A stretch of 64,000 nucleotides of DNA, taken from the NCBI GenBank assembly GCA_002633005.1, contig NMRA01000046.1, positions 1-64,000 of the forward strand, read 5' to 3'. Of the stretch, positions 31,446 to 45,446 are shown piece after piece; positions within the stretch are counted from its first letter, which is position 1, and every line of letters begins with the position of its first letter. The stretch comes from Phoronis australis (lineage: Eukaryota > Animalia > Phoronida). Under the pieces are notes generated by a model that did not search any database, was not told where the DNA came from, and worked only from the letters and a program-made list of their open reading frames with translations. The translations under genes and the position numbers were made by a program.

Positions 31446-32508
31446 CTTGACACTTATCTGTCTTGAACCAATAAAACCACTCAATGCAGTTTAATGAATT
31501 AAAAGTTAAAAAGTACAACACTGGGATTGGCCAAAGACAATAGCAGCCTATGTCAATATTTTTTGTTTGCTTTTAAATAACTTTGTTTTATCTACATGGT
31601 CTAGACAGGCCAGGGGGGACAGTACAGTGCCTTCCAAGAGTTCTGTAAATGCAAACTTTGCATGACACTGGAATCTATAGAAACTTATTTTTTGTGTGAA
31701 TGCAATACCATACTATCTTTTTATTATTTCTGTAGTCAGAAATCTCTTTGTTCATCCCAGCAATGACACAATGGAAACTATAACACTAAAAACCGCAACA
31801 CTTAAACAAGTGCACTTTATTGACACACCAAACTAGTAGGTGGTGTGATGAACAGCAACACAAAAGCATTTACGTCAATCCATTAGTGCTGACCTCAAAC
31901 AGAACTATCTGTTGGTGGTGAACAAACTGTGGTAATTGCCAAAGTATTGCACAACATCACAGCAGTTTGAGTGTATACCCTTTTACAGAAACTACCACTT
32001 GACAAAATTACAAAGGGATACCTAGGCATTCAGAAGTCCATAATTTAGTTCTCAGCACAGTTTTGTGACACACCTGAAAATGATGTATAACGAGATGCAT
32101 CACCTCAATACAGTTTTCATGGAATAAGTCTTGTCAAACTTATACAATAGATTGGAGATAACAATTACAGGAGAGATAACAATTACAGGATAATGTAATC
32201 CCTACAGGAGGTGAAGACAAAATGAATTACATGAACAACTATTATTGACAAATAACATGGACAGTAGAGGTATAACTAACATTCCAAACCTAAAGGATAA
32301 TCTGAAAGACATTTGGAAGTTACTGTCTAGTAAATTTCAGAGAGCTGAAACCTAAGCAAATTGACTGATTCTTGGACTAAAAATGTACAAACATGAAAGC
32401 ATAGGTTTTGGGTAGCATATCAGCAAGTAAGGAAGTGTTAAGCTGCATTTACACTGTGAGACAGTTATCACAGAGCAACTAACATGGAACAGCTGATTGA
32501 ACGAAATT

Positions 32509-32552
32509 GCACGTGTGTGTGTGTGTGTGTGCGCGCGCGCTCGCGTGTGTGT
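32509..32552. repeat. (TG)n(CG)n alternating purine-pyrimidine microsatellite
   Basis: gcacgtgtgt...gtgcgcgcgcgctcgcgtgtgtgt. Confidence 0.9.
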
Positions 32553-33584
32553 AAACATGACTGACACATCAGCAAGTTGACACCCCAGTGGCCATTTTTG
32601 ACACCGTTTTGAGAGGTAAAGTTGCACTGGATCAGCTGCTCCAGTTGTAAACTGGGACAAGGGGGAAGGTATCATCTCCATTTAACCCTTGCTTGCATAA
32701 TGAGTGGGATTCCCAAGCATTCCATGTGGTTTGGACTTTCGCTATTGTTTATGCAAGCATGCACAGTCTTCCTGTAAATGACCATGTGGAGAATTTCCGG
32801 CTTACACTGGCCACTGCTCTGATTCCCTGAGCCCCAGACAACTTTGATGATGATGCCCATTCAGCTCACCCTTAGATCTGAGCTAATCAAGTGGAAAGGT
32901 AATAGATGGCACTGTCTCAACAATGATGGTTGTTATTACACCCAAATTGGTTTTCTCTGGCATTGGCTCAGAATTACAGCCTGCCTGTAGTAGTTTTAAC
33001 TTGGTACATTATAAATATTACAAAATAACTAAAAAAACTTAATTTGTGTTTAATTTGACCAAAGTAACAATGGGTTTCATAATTTCATTTTTAATACTCC
33101 TGTGTACTTGTTTTTTTACCGGAAACAGGTTGATATCTTTTTATTTTATTTATAAACTTGAAATACCAAAACAGTGATAGATTTTGAATGCCAGCAAAAC
33201 TTAATTAGTTTAGTTAATTGAGTACTCATCCCTGAAATTTCTACTACACGTGTCATTAATTCAAGTTTAATTTTTATTAGAACAAATCATAAAAATATAC
33301 AAAAGTGCAAATATGGTGATAGCCAAACTGAAGATTTGGAATCTCTGGACAATTTCAGTTGCAGTGTCTACATTCAATGGTACTCAATGGTTATAGTTTT
33401 TAGCTTATTAGTTCATCGATTTTTATAAATCGAAAACCTCACCATGTTGTTTTTTCCAGCTGAATATTGCCCTGGTATTGGTTTTTAATGAAAATTATTG
33501 TTTAATGCATTTTGAATGGTTAATGCATTTTGAAAATTTGCCAGTGTGTACAGGCAGAGATGTTTACTACAGTTTATGGTCAGG

Positions 33585-34341
33585 TAATTACACTTAATGG
33601 GTCTTGCTCCATTGGACAATGCGGTCATCACAACTGTATCGAACTCCAGCGCCGCCCCTCTTTGATCCTGATAAAGCCGCTCAGGACGACGATCGATCGA
33701 TCGGTGAAAATTATCGCATATCTTTAGAAGTGCGTGACTTCCTTGTAAGCGAATTATTCATGGTATCACTCATGCTGGTCCTGTCTGCGGCTGTGTCTAA
33801 AAATGGAGCAAGTCACACCCGCGGTGACAACTTGCACTGTGACAACTCAGTGCACCCAATTTGTGTAAAAACAACTAACAGTTAATGAGGGAGTACACTA
33901 GGAGAAATCAAAAGAGGAACTTGGAATTTAGGTTGACAACAAAAACAAGAATATCCGAAAATGTCTCAAACACAGCCAAGACAACTTTGGTGATGATGCT
34001 GGCACTGACCAAAACAACCAGCAATTGGATGACAGGACACGACACGGCACTACAAATCACATTCACAGATGATGAGTGTTGATGATGCGTTTAAATCGCT
34101 TGAGCAAGTAAATAGAAGAGGCATTTTCATTGGTCCGTAATGTGTAATCCATACTACGTTTATTTAAAATGCATTGTGTAGCGATGATGTCACATACATT
34201 GACCAATGAGATATCTGAAAGTTTATCAGATGAATACCGTAGCAAATATCAGCCAATTTGTCACGTAGGCACTTTGATTTTTCTTCGAAAACGAAAACGT
34301 ATCCTGTTGTACTGACAAATGGAAACATGAAAAGGCATAAT
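33585..34341. mobile_element. Possible unclassified transposon remnant (CpG-rich insert)
   Basis: CpG-rich block with a weak inverted motif pair: cattggacaatg at ~33610 and cattgaccaatg at ~34197. Confidence 0.3.
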
Positions 34342-34354
34342 GTTCATCACAAAG

Positions 34355-34525
34355 AGTATATACCATATATACATGCAACAGTATTATGAGGGATATACCA
34401 TATGTACATGCATCAATATTGTGAAGGTATATACCATATGTATATGCCTCAATATTATGAGGGATATGCCATATGTATATGCACCAATATTGTGAGGGAT
34501 ATACCATATATACATGCATCAGTAT
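34355..34525. repeat. ~35-bp minisatellite (tataccatatgtacatgcatcaatattgtgaggga), about 5 copies
   Basis: Unit starts at 34359, 34394, 34430, 34465 and 34500. Confidence 0.85.
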
Positions 34526-37500
34526 CATGCTTCACACACTTAATGTGGAAACAAGTCACAAGCTGGGTGACATACTTCAGGCATAGCTGACAATCACACC
34601 AAGCAATGGCACTGATGTCACTGCTTCACCAACGACAACACTTTGACTGACAACGATGTCACTGACAGTGAAAATAACACACCTTTCACTGAAGACGCCA
34701 CTGAACATGGTAACATTCAATGTGAATCCATTTTGCATCCACAGTTTGAGATTTTTAATTGCTGAAGTAAGAAACATGCATTTTGCACTTCTGAAAGTTT
34801 TAACAGTCAGCAGGTTTTCTCAAAATTAAGAACGTTATAATTCACAGTCTTTTTTGCTTCAAGGGCTGTAACTGGTCCCCCTTATACTTACTGGAGAGAA
34901 ATTCCATTTGAGAAACAGGTCTGCAACCTTAATGTTGCCTTGTAGTAGGCCTAAACAAATCTCCAGAGTTCTGCAAAATTTTCTTTTTCCTCACTGCATA
35001 ACATATCACACTTCGCAGTGGAAATTAACTGAAGATAAAGATGAGATATTTTGCTAGATGTATGTAGAATGTTACAAAAAGGGACATTTTCTTAAACTAG
35101 TTCGACATATGTATCATTAAAACTTTTAAAAGTTATCCCATGAATAAATTTAAAACTCGCATCATCAGTTAAAAAAACAACTTCTGATTCAGACCACTTA
35201 CCATTATACAATTGGTCTGGTCTTCCTCACAAAGGTTAAAATGATTTCTAGGCCTGAACACAATTGACAGTACTTTAAATGCTTCTGAGGAGAGAGCATA
35301 ATAACATACCTGTCACGATAGGTTAGTTTCAGCTTCCCAAGCAGTGTGGATGGCAGAATTCCAAACATTTTACTGAACCAATCTCAATTCAAACAAAGCA
35401 TATGGTGATTTGTGGGGGTGGGGTGCTGTGTCCTCCCCTACTATGCACAACCGAAAAAGTCATCAGTGGTCCATTTCTGGAGCTATCACAGAATTTTTCT
35501 TTCAAATACTGTAATTGAGCCCCATCTTATGACCCCCATAGATCTACCAGTTCAAAAAATAACACAATGTTGATTTATGATAACAAATATGCCTATGAAG
35601 AAAGTTGTTCTGACACTAGAATATAGTTTACCGAAGCTTTAAAAGTGAAACATCGAACTTTACTAAATAAATCTCATTTACATTATAATATTGATAAAAT
35701 ATAAACCATGTGCCTTCTTAAGGATGAACATTTCATAGCGCAGAAAGTCACCGTTTATATAAGTTGTATTTAGGGCTCACTGCACAAGGACAAATAAAGA
35801 AACGAATCTTGAATTACTGTTCGACAATTGTGACCAGGTGAGCATACATTTTTTCCAAGTGGGCAGTTTTGTGAGCAGCTTTGTGTGTAGCACATCATTG
35901 GCTTGGTGAAAAGTGGAGAAACTGGTGGCAAGTATGACATGGAATGGACAACCAAAAATGTAATTCTTTGTTGAGCTGAAAATCATGGGGTTGAGAAATT
36001 TTTAAAACCTGCATTTCTCAAGTTCACACTAATCCCAGAAACAGGATCATGAATCATGAATGCCAGACTTGCACAGATAACATGCTCCCCCCATTCAATT
36101 TGAAGTAAACATGCTTAACATGAAAAAATGATAGTCTGTAGTAAATATTAAATGTCTACCACCTGCAATGCGCATAGCACTGTTAATTGTGCAAAAGTGT
36201 AGGCAGAACTTAGCAAACCAGAGGACTCTAGAATTTCAGCCCATCCAACTAACAATAGGGTTTAATTAACGTGTCACTTCAACTGCAACATTAATACAGA
36301 GTCATTAATAGCCATTCTCTTTGCCACTCAGGAAGGCTTCTCTTCATTAGGATACATGACCCAGCAGTTCATTAGAAAGAGCATAAATGACTCCTTCAAA
36401 GATGTTAACAAAGCAGAAAACAATACAATAGAAACATTGTTACTGTTGGATTCACCGGCAGCAGTCTGCAGAACCTAATTAAACCATTATGAATTGTACA
36501 TTTCTGGTTTTGCTGTGTCTGCACTTCTACTGCAAACATTATGCACAAACAGGAATGTAACTGGATGCAAAACCTTTTTTACACTTGGCAATATTACATG
36601 TTCTTCAGTGTAGTTTGTTGGCGAGGAAGCAGTGCCCACATACGAGGGGTCATCAATATTTTAAACATCCTCAGAAGGTGGCAATTCCATTCCATTTAAA
36701 ATAACAATTTAGAGGATAGGGACGTAGATGACAAAGAAGTGATACAAAAATAATAAAATTCCATTCCTGTGGTGCCACCTATTGGCATTTTTGTTTTTTG
36801 CCAGTGGAACAGTATTTAATTATCAAGTTCCTTGATGGATCTTCATGAAATTTGGTATATGTGTTTCAACCGAGGAGAGTACAACTGACACGCCAGTGCA
36901 GCGCAAACAAAACCGACAACACTGTTAGCAGCAAAAAAGATGGCTGATTGGACGCACAGACAAATGGATGAATGGATGGTGATCTTTATAAAACCCTACA
37001 TAAATAGTTAATAAACAAAAAACAAACAGGAGTCAATCATAAATAAATAGTACCCGATGAGGCGACAAAAATTACAGTATACGAGAACCTTAAAAAGACA
37101 TTGCATAAATAATTAATATTTCTAAGTTACATATATCACTAGGGATTAATCAACTTGGCTCCAGAAAGGGTGAAATATTCATCCGGTTGTCTCCATCAGT
37201 TTCCAGAGATGTGACAAACAATAGGTAGGTGACAGCGAACAAAAATGCAAAATGGTGAATAATGAATTGATCAGTCGCTAAGGCCTAAAGCACGGCGGTT
37301 CTGGTCTCAGACTTTCAAAATTGAGTCAGTAGTACAGTATTTTTTAGTAGCTCACTTTTTTAAAAAATAAAATTCCCCAAAATCGAGCAAAGATGATGTG
37401 TTATTTTTTCTCTTTGTTTGGCAACCAGCATTTTAAACCTTGCTTATGTGTTTTTGTGCAATTTTCAGCAAAAGAACACAACACGACACGACACGACACC

Positions 37501-38314
37501 TTGGCTAAAATTAACACGGGTGGAAGCTCTTTTTAGTTGGTGAGTGCAGGTCTCAAAAGGAGTCAGGGTTAAAGACTAGAACAAATCTTTCTTTTGAGTT
37601 CATCTTTGTTAATTTGTGGTTATACCCTGTTAACACGAGGCAATAGATTTTGTCATAAAACAATTTTCAATTTTCTGATTTGAGACCAAGATCCTTTTCA
37701 TAACAAAATTTCTATGGAAAGTGACCTTTGGAAGCTCGGAAAATAATAGAAAATTTTCAGAATTAGAAATTATAGAGTAATCTCACCAATTTAGGACACA
37801 GTATGGCCGACAATATGTCCGACAAATGATTTCTTTTGTTTTTCATCAAAATAAGTAACAATCTGTAATTGATGACTAGACTTAATATCAATTTTATTGC
37901 ACTATCAAAACGGAACTCCATCGTGAAAAATAACCGTACTGTTTAGACCACTATTTCAGGAAAATACTCGCTTGACTTAGGTGCTCCCGATGCAACCCTG
38001 TATACTGAAACAAAAGGCGGCATGCAGGTTAATCCAAGAGTGAAAAATCTGTGACATAAATCTGCAACACTGACCAGGTTGAAAACGAGCCTCATTTTAT
38101 GTGTCACGGCCATGTTCTGGGTGATGTTTGCCAAAATTAGCTTATTTCAAAGTCACGGTCATGATCATTACATAAATTAAAAAGCCTGGCACTCTATATT
38201 TCAAGTGAAGTACCAGCCTAGCACCATTACCTCAAAGGAAGTGAGATAAAAAACACCTCGTTTGCTTCCTAGGTTTGTTCTTAAATGACAGGATGGAATT
38301 GTGCAACAGAACTA

Positions 38315-41223
38315 CAGTGGCGGATCTACGTTTTCAGTTTGGGGGGGTTTAGGATTCCCGCAAAGGTCGAATCCGAGGCGCGTGGCGCCGAGCGGGGGGG
38401 GGAGGTCTGGAGGGGAGTAAACCCCCATTCCCGTGAAAGATAACTTTTTATTATTATAGCCAAACATTGAAATTTCCATGCATCCTGGTTACATTTCTGG
38501 CATTTAACATGTCCCCGGAGTATGTCTTAAGATAATTAAAAGTCCTTCTCGATTTCGTCACATGAACTTGGCTCATAAGTTTCATGAAACCATATTTGTG
38601 CACATCTGGGTATGAGTCACACCACCAGCAAAATTTTTTGTTGGAACATCTGCTTACACGCACCTTTTTAGCATACGAAAAAGTGTGATGTGTATACAGG
38701 GGTTAGACAACTACCAAATATTCAAGAGCATAAGGAGCACCGACTGGGCGTAAAAACTTAAATATCAGATGATCGCAACAGCCTCAAGCTGTTTAAGAAC
38801 GAAGACCTGTACTGTTAGTTTGGAAATAAACATGTGTTCTGTCTCATTACGAGAAAAACTGGCGAACGATGGTGCTCTCAGCTCATAGTCTATTATTAAA
38901 AGCGACAAAAACAATTAAGTATCACTTTATTAAGCTGAATCACGTTGACAACAATTGAAAACCGTCAAATGTATCAGGAAACAAATCATCTGAAAACAGT
39001 TTCACGAAACCAAAACACTCTGTAGGCCTACACCTTGGTGAAAAGATACACAGGAGCAGTTCGCAGAGGGACCAGCCTCCCGTTCAGTATCGTTAGGACC
39101 TCGCCGCTAAAAAGCAAGACTTCGCGAGATTTCATGAGATGTTGCCGTGTATTTTAAATAAGAACACGTGACTTTGACTAGGTTTTAGCTAGGTACTAGC
39201 GTCTACTGAACGCACGCCTGATGTACACTGAGAGTACACAAAAACTCTGGCCTGATCCGTCACGAGACTAAAAGTGCGCCTGTGGTTGTTATCCCTATAA
39301 AATAGTCGATCTGTCGCGGGACCAAACACTAAGTACTGGCTGAGATAAATAGTTTTACAAACGGCACACTTTGGTAAAAAACATCACAAGTCTATTTCGC
39401 CGAGGGACCAGAAATACACTGAAACTCGATATCTACACAAATCAAGCTGGCCTGGTCCGTCGCAAGACCTAAAGCGTACTTTGCAAAAAAATTTGAATTG
39501 AAAACTTCTCTTCAGACACTTTTTAATCCCCATTGGATGCTCATACATGTAGTTCATACATCTGGTGGTCAGTCTGCTGTGAAAGTTTGTCTAGGAAGGG
39601 TTTTCGCACCGTTCTCTAGTACTCACTGGAAGAAAAAAGTATTGAGAACAGATATAACTAAGCACTACGTGAAATAAGATTTTGGATATGAAGCAGACAG
39701 ACTCAAGTGGAAATACAAGCCAGAATCAGTTTCTGTGCTCTCGTAGACCCTCTGCTGTACTGGGTAAATTTGGCATGTCCAAAAATAATTTCTATTTCGT
39801 TTTCATTGTACACAAGCATAAAAACCGACATTATTACAAACTGTGTATAATTATAACTTATTACCTGGGTGTTTCTCTGGGAACGTTGGTCCTATCTTTC
39901 TGTTGCCTAGACTGCCGAAGAATCTGTACATAGGATCCAATGGTTTGCTGCTCTTGGAACCATTCTACCCAGACAAATAATTCTTCGATGTTTGTTCCCA
40001 ACGCTTGCACTTCGTCAACTGCTGTGTCAATGAGCTTATACGCCTCTACATTGTCAACATCTCGTTTCACAGCTCAGTTGGCACTAAGCCCCCTGAGATA
40101 ACCAAGTCCATTCAAAAGACTTACAGCGTGGGCAACTAAATTCGATCCGTTCATCATGGACTACTTCAAACTTTGATGTATCCCAGGACCCATTTGCACC
40201 TCAATTGCACTGCAATTTTCGAAATAAACGTCCCAATGTCTGAACGCTTGAAACCTGAAGTACTAACATCAAATAAATGCCGATGGGTATGGGCGTTTCT
40301 TCGGGTGGGCGTTTCTGCGGAAATTCCCAGTGTAGAAAACGGTAGTGGTGCTTCAGTATTGCAGGTAGAAAGACGGTAGGTGTTGAGGTCGGCACTAGGG
40401 CTCCCTAGGAGACCCGTTGAACATCGCACGACTCCCGCAAGACTTTGTTGTGAAAATACAGCCTCCCCGCAATTTCTGGTACTGTACACTGTTCGCGAAT
40501 GCGGTCACTTTGTCAATGTGAGTGCCCCCTTGGGTCATTCCTTGTATAGACATAACTCGTTAGAGTGCATCTTCAAACAAAACTCGGGACCAGACCACGG
40601 CGCAGGCCACAATAGCAATTCTTCGGAAAACGAGTTTTTTTCAAGTATTACATGTACATGTACACTGTATGATATCGCGCAAGACAACTTAACTTTACAT
40701 CAGTCAAATTCGAGTTACAAACGTGTGGGGTGTAATAGGATGACATGGTATGACAGATGAGGTAAAAACAGTTGCACGTCAATTTGCCTGAATACCAGGA
40801 TTGCGGCACCACAGTATTTCCCCTAATCAAATGAAAACATATCTTAGAGTAAAGAAACTAGTTACCTAAATAAATCAGCTATAGAGCTGCTCTTTCAGCG
40901 GTGGATCCATCTAAAATGTTTGGCTACATCAGAAGTGTCGTCGGAAGCGCGCGCACAATTGATCTCCGGGGTTTTGCTGACGAGCCACGAAGACTCGAAA
41001 CGCGTTGATTTAAAAAATATTTTTAAAGTGAACCCCCCCTCGTTTACTTGGGGTTTACACACGCTGGCGGTGCCGTTTTTGTTTTGCTGGAGACGTTTTT
41101 TTTTTTTTTTTCTANNNNNNNNNNNNNNNNNNNNNNNNNNNNNNNNNNNNNNNNNNTTTTGGGTCCTGGCCCGAGGGGGGGTTTAAACCCCCTGAACCCC
41201 CCCCCCCCGTAGATCCTCCACTG
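38315..41223 (-). mobile_element. Internally deleted hAT transposon with 5-bp TSD (hAT5-like)
   Basis: TIRs cagtggcggatctacg / cgtagatcctccactg; AACTA on both sides; contains a transposase remnant. Confidence 0.85.
39861..40140 (-). pseudogene. hAT transposase fragment (THAP12/P52rIPK- or ZMYM1-like helical region)
   Basis: Frame reads LVAHAVSLLNGLGYLRGLSAN*AVKRDVDNVEAYKLIDTAVDEVQALGTNIEELF..WFQE..RQSRQQKDRTNVPRETP, resembling recalled hAT motifs (LSxxLQ..D...AY..I..V ... RQ.HR.NVP..TP); internal stop present. Confidence 0.7.
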
Positions 41224-43058
41224 AACTAAAATGTTATTTTTATCCCAATAATATTTACTGTCACCCAATTTTCCTGACCTTCTCTAGCACTAGAATGTGA
41301 TCTCCAATAAGAATCTCTGAGAAAAGTGCTTGTCTAGACAAGATAATTCACATCATAAGCCTTTTCTAAATATTTGTTTTGATCTTATGCTGCAGTATAA
41401 GACAATTATGTACTTGAGGCCCATCCCTTTGAAGTCCTACATTTCATAAGCTGATAAACCTGACTAATACATATCCAGACAAGCAAAGGAAGGTCCAACA
41501 GCTCCCTAATCTCAGTGCTCTACCACTTTCCTAATAGCCAAACAATAAAGAGAACTTTCCCTCCTTGGTCTGGACCTTGTCAAACTCCCCTCCGGCCATG
41601 ATTTTGGATCTGCGTCCAGGTATAGACCAAATCCAAGAATGAAAATACTAAGCTCAGACTAACCATGGAAAGCCCAGTGCTGATTAGCCAGGCTTATAAT
41701 ACACTAGGTGTATGTCAGCCACAAGCAGATACTGGTGAGTGAGGTGCCCTCTAAAGTAGTTTTACCCTTCTTCAATCCTAAGATACGTTGCATTGAAGGG
41801 TACAGAAGGTCGGGGGGAAGTGGCAGCTTAATTTCCAACCCAGTGATCCTGGTCAAGAACAAGAACAGATGCAATGTCGTCACCGAGTATGTCATTTGCA
41901 ATGAAACTTTCCAAAATTCATGTATAATCTAGGAAACCGTTCAGTCGATTTGTGTAGGTGGAAAAAGGAATCTTTTCTAAAGTGAAAATTGACTCCAAAA
42001 GTGAAATTTTTCGTGGGCAATTTTGTAAGAAAAGGCACCCCATGTCCTGTCTTCTAAGTCAGAGCTTCTGCAGTCGGAATAGAAAATGTTTTCTTCAGTC
42101 ATCATCTGCGCACCTCTCACAGACCCCAACCATGCCTAGAAACAAAACTACAAGAAACGCATTGCACTACTCAGCTCCCTCAGTCTGACTTAATGACTAT
42201 TAACACTTAAACTAAAAGGTATTGAATCAAATTATAAAAACATGAAATCTATGACACTTGACAAATTCAAACTGTTGAGTACAAGTTTGTGTTATTTACC
42301 GGTATGTGATGTCAATAAGGTTCAAAGGTCTGAGCAATAAGAGGGTTTTAAGGTCACTGGTTAATTGACTGTCATACACAACTATTTTCTTATATTTTGT
42401 TCCATTTTCAATAGACTCAGGATAAGTTGTACTTGACTCTAGGACCACTGTATACACATTGGTACACAGAACAGACACGGCTTAAAACAGTAACAGATTA
42501 TTCAGGTAAAATGTATATAATTTCATTAAAAAACTGATATTAAATCTGTATTTTGCCGATGTTTAGATGTCAATGTTTAAATCTTAACTAACACGATTTA
42601 TTTAAATCATAAGCATATCCATCCAGTCTTGAATTGTTGCAGAATGAGTCGTGGGACCTCAAGTCACAGACAATGTGCACCGTACATGCCCCATTTTCAA
42701 AACTGCAAATTTTGAGTTGACCAAACCCAACAAGCACTGCAGCGGTTTTCCAATGCTCTCATTGGTAACCAAAATAAAATCCTATCATGGTGACGAATTT
42801 TACGGAACCAATTTTATGAAATTAAAAGCCATCATATGATTTCGTTCTTAGCCAGCTAAACAGGAGATACATACAGATTTAATTGAAAAAACACTACAGA
42901 ACTCAGCAAGAAATTGTGTGGAGTGTAAAAGTAAATGAGCAACAAAAGTGCTGAAAATTGCGTGGAAGACTGCATCGCAAATGTTATACTTTTAGGTTTT
43001 TCACATTTTTCTGTAAAAGTTAGGTAGCACCAACAAGGCTTCATCATGTTCAAGTTCT

Positions 43059-43073
43059 GTTACCATTGGTAAC
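43059..43073. promoter_or_regulatory. RFX X-box-like palindrome GTTACCATTGGTAAC
   Basis: Matches GTNRCC-N(0-3)-RGYAAC; function is inference. Confidence 0.3.
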
Positions 43074-45392
43074 ATCAGACAAAAACTACACTCACAAAAA
43101 TCTTAGAAGCCATAAAACTTGTAAAACAAGTGATTTTGGCGATCACTTTCGTCAGAATTGATAAGACTTAAACTACAGTAAAATCTCACAATTTTTGGAC
43201 ACGTCATAGTGGCGGAAAAAAGTGAAACTTTTCCTTATCCATTAGTAGCGCCAAATTAATTTATAGTTATCATAACTTCAATATCATAGTTACCATCACT
43301 CAAGTAATGCTTTCACAAAAAGTGGACAATCACAACATTAGAAACCATTGATAGTAAAAACGTCAACACAGACAACCATTTTTGTTTGAAATTGGTGGGA
43401 TAGTGGAATTACTATAGCTGACTGCATGCTTAGTCATCTAAAGTGTCAGTCAATTGCATTGGCAGTAGAGAAGCCATACAGTTTGTCAAGTGGTTTAGTT
43501 ATACCTCTAGGAAATGTGTTAGTCTCAACAGTGACACAATGCAACACCTACACCATGAAACAGTCATATCATGTTGTCGTTAAAAATGACATGGTATATT
43601 TCAACCTAATATAGTTTTATCTCCCTAATTTCACTTAGATTAAATTATGAGAAAATTCCTCAGGTAATTTAAAGCAACTACAGAATAATTTTGTGACACC
43701 TTTCACATGGTGCCTTTAATTAATCTGTTTTGTAAACAGATTAAGACCCATTCACACTGGGTAATATCAAACTTCAACAGGTTGCAACTGGGGCTCATTT
43801 CCAACTGGAACACAAAAATGTAACTGTTGCTGTAGTTGTGAAATGTTTAATACTTATGATCAATATTAATAGCTTTAGTCCATCATGTTATTAGACATGC
43901 TCAGCGACCACTCAGCAACTTATCCCTATTGCTAACAGGAGGAACATTAATCCATAAATATACCTGTATTAGGGTAATATGATGTGTGGTACTTCCATGC
44001 GTATTAGGGTCTAAGTCACACCAAGGAAGCTCTCAAGTCAATCTCAACAACCAGAAAAAATGAAGTGGGAGTTCATGAAGCATTGTGAAATCTGAGTAAG
44101 AACTGTGTAGGCACTTTTGGCCAAACCAGGTTTTGCCTGTCCTATACCCATAGAAGTCTTAAAAGACAGGCTCAGATCTACTGAGAAGTGAAAGGACCGT
44201 TATAATATACTAATGAAAGAAAAATATGTCAACTAAAAATTATATGAAAACATGTCTTAAAGAATGCATCCACACTAAAGTATTAATTTTGAAATAGAGA
44301 TTTCACAGAAAGATTGCATTGTTTCTGAGCCAGACATTCATTTCCAGGGCCAATGCAAAAAGTTACTCAAAGTAATGTCTAGATCAGACTAGGTACTGAA
44401 TATAGGCTGCCCAGGCAACACAGTTCACGCAGGTTCTTAAACATTAAGCATGAGTTCCACCATTCAAGGACCTGTAAACGATTCTCTGACTCACAAACTA
44501 GTGTCTCAGCACTCATAAATATGGCCACAACAAAAAAACATCTATTAACAAACACAGTTCACAGATGGCAATCACAGATCTAACACTTGCAAACATGGCT
44601 CAATAATGTACCCTTCACTGTTCACCAGTCTTTACCAATATGAGTCCCATCAGCTGTGCATTAGGCGTGGAAGTCATGTTTTGTGAGTATCAGCAAGAGT
44701 TTGTGAATTAGTGAATCGTAATTATAGGTTTGTAAGCCTTGCTGATAAGTAAGCAACTGCTCATAAGTGTGAGCACCGCAAACATAATTCACAAACTTTC
44801 AAATATATATCTATAATCATACTATTTGTTATTGTTATACATTCCAAAAAAGAAGACAGGTATAGAAACAAAAATGCAAAATAAAGGTAAGAAACTGAGG
44901 AGAATTCCCGATGCTCATAACATGAGCAGTAATTTTTTATTTGGTTGCTTGACCACAAACAGCGAAATTAACAATGCCTTAATTTACATAAAACGTGAGA
45001 TGACTGAAACAGCCCAGGTAAACTGTAGACATTTCAATGAAGCGCATAACACCATGCGCATTATTTCCTCATTACAAGTCACAGGTGAAAAATGATATCA
45101 GTTCTGATACATAATGACAGAAATGAATGCATATACGGCTAGTTATTTCATGACATTTCAGTTGGTGGCGGCATATTAACATAGGTCCAACAGGATGGGG
45201 GATACCAGTCATACCTCACGCAGACACACCTAGACCCTAAGTAGATGTGGTCACTAGGAAAGTTCTTCCACAACAATCTGTCTCACCTTAATTGTAAGGT
45301 AACACAGTAACTTGAAGTCATTCGTTTGTCTTCCTTATGATATTACCCATAATTCACAGATGAGTACAATATAAATAACAAGTCCAACTCAC

Positions 45393-45446
45393 GGGATTTC
45401 TTTTTTTCATCTGGATTTGACTGGACGATACAATTAATGGCTGCAT
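45393..45446 (-). CDS. Candidate alternative first coding exon of DYRK4 (MQPLIVSSSQIQMKKRNP)
   Basis: ATG followed by 18 codons, then a strong donor |GTGAGT in phase 0; ends in basic KKR. Confidence 0.4.
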
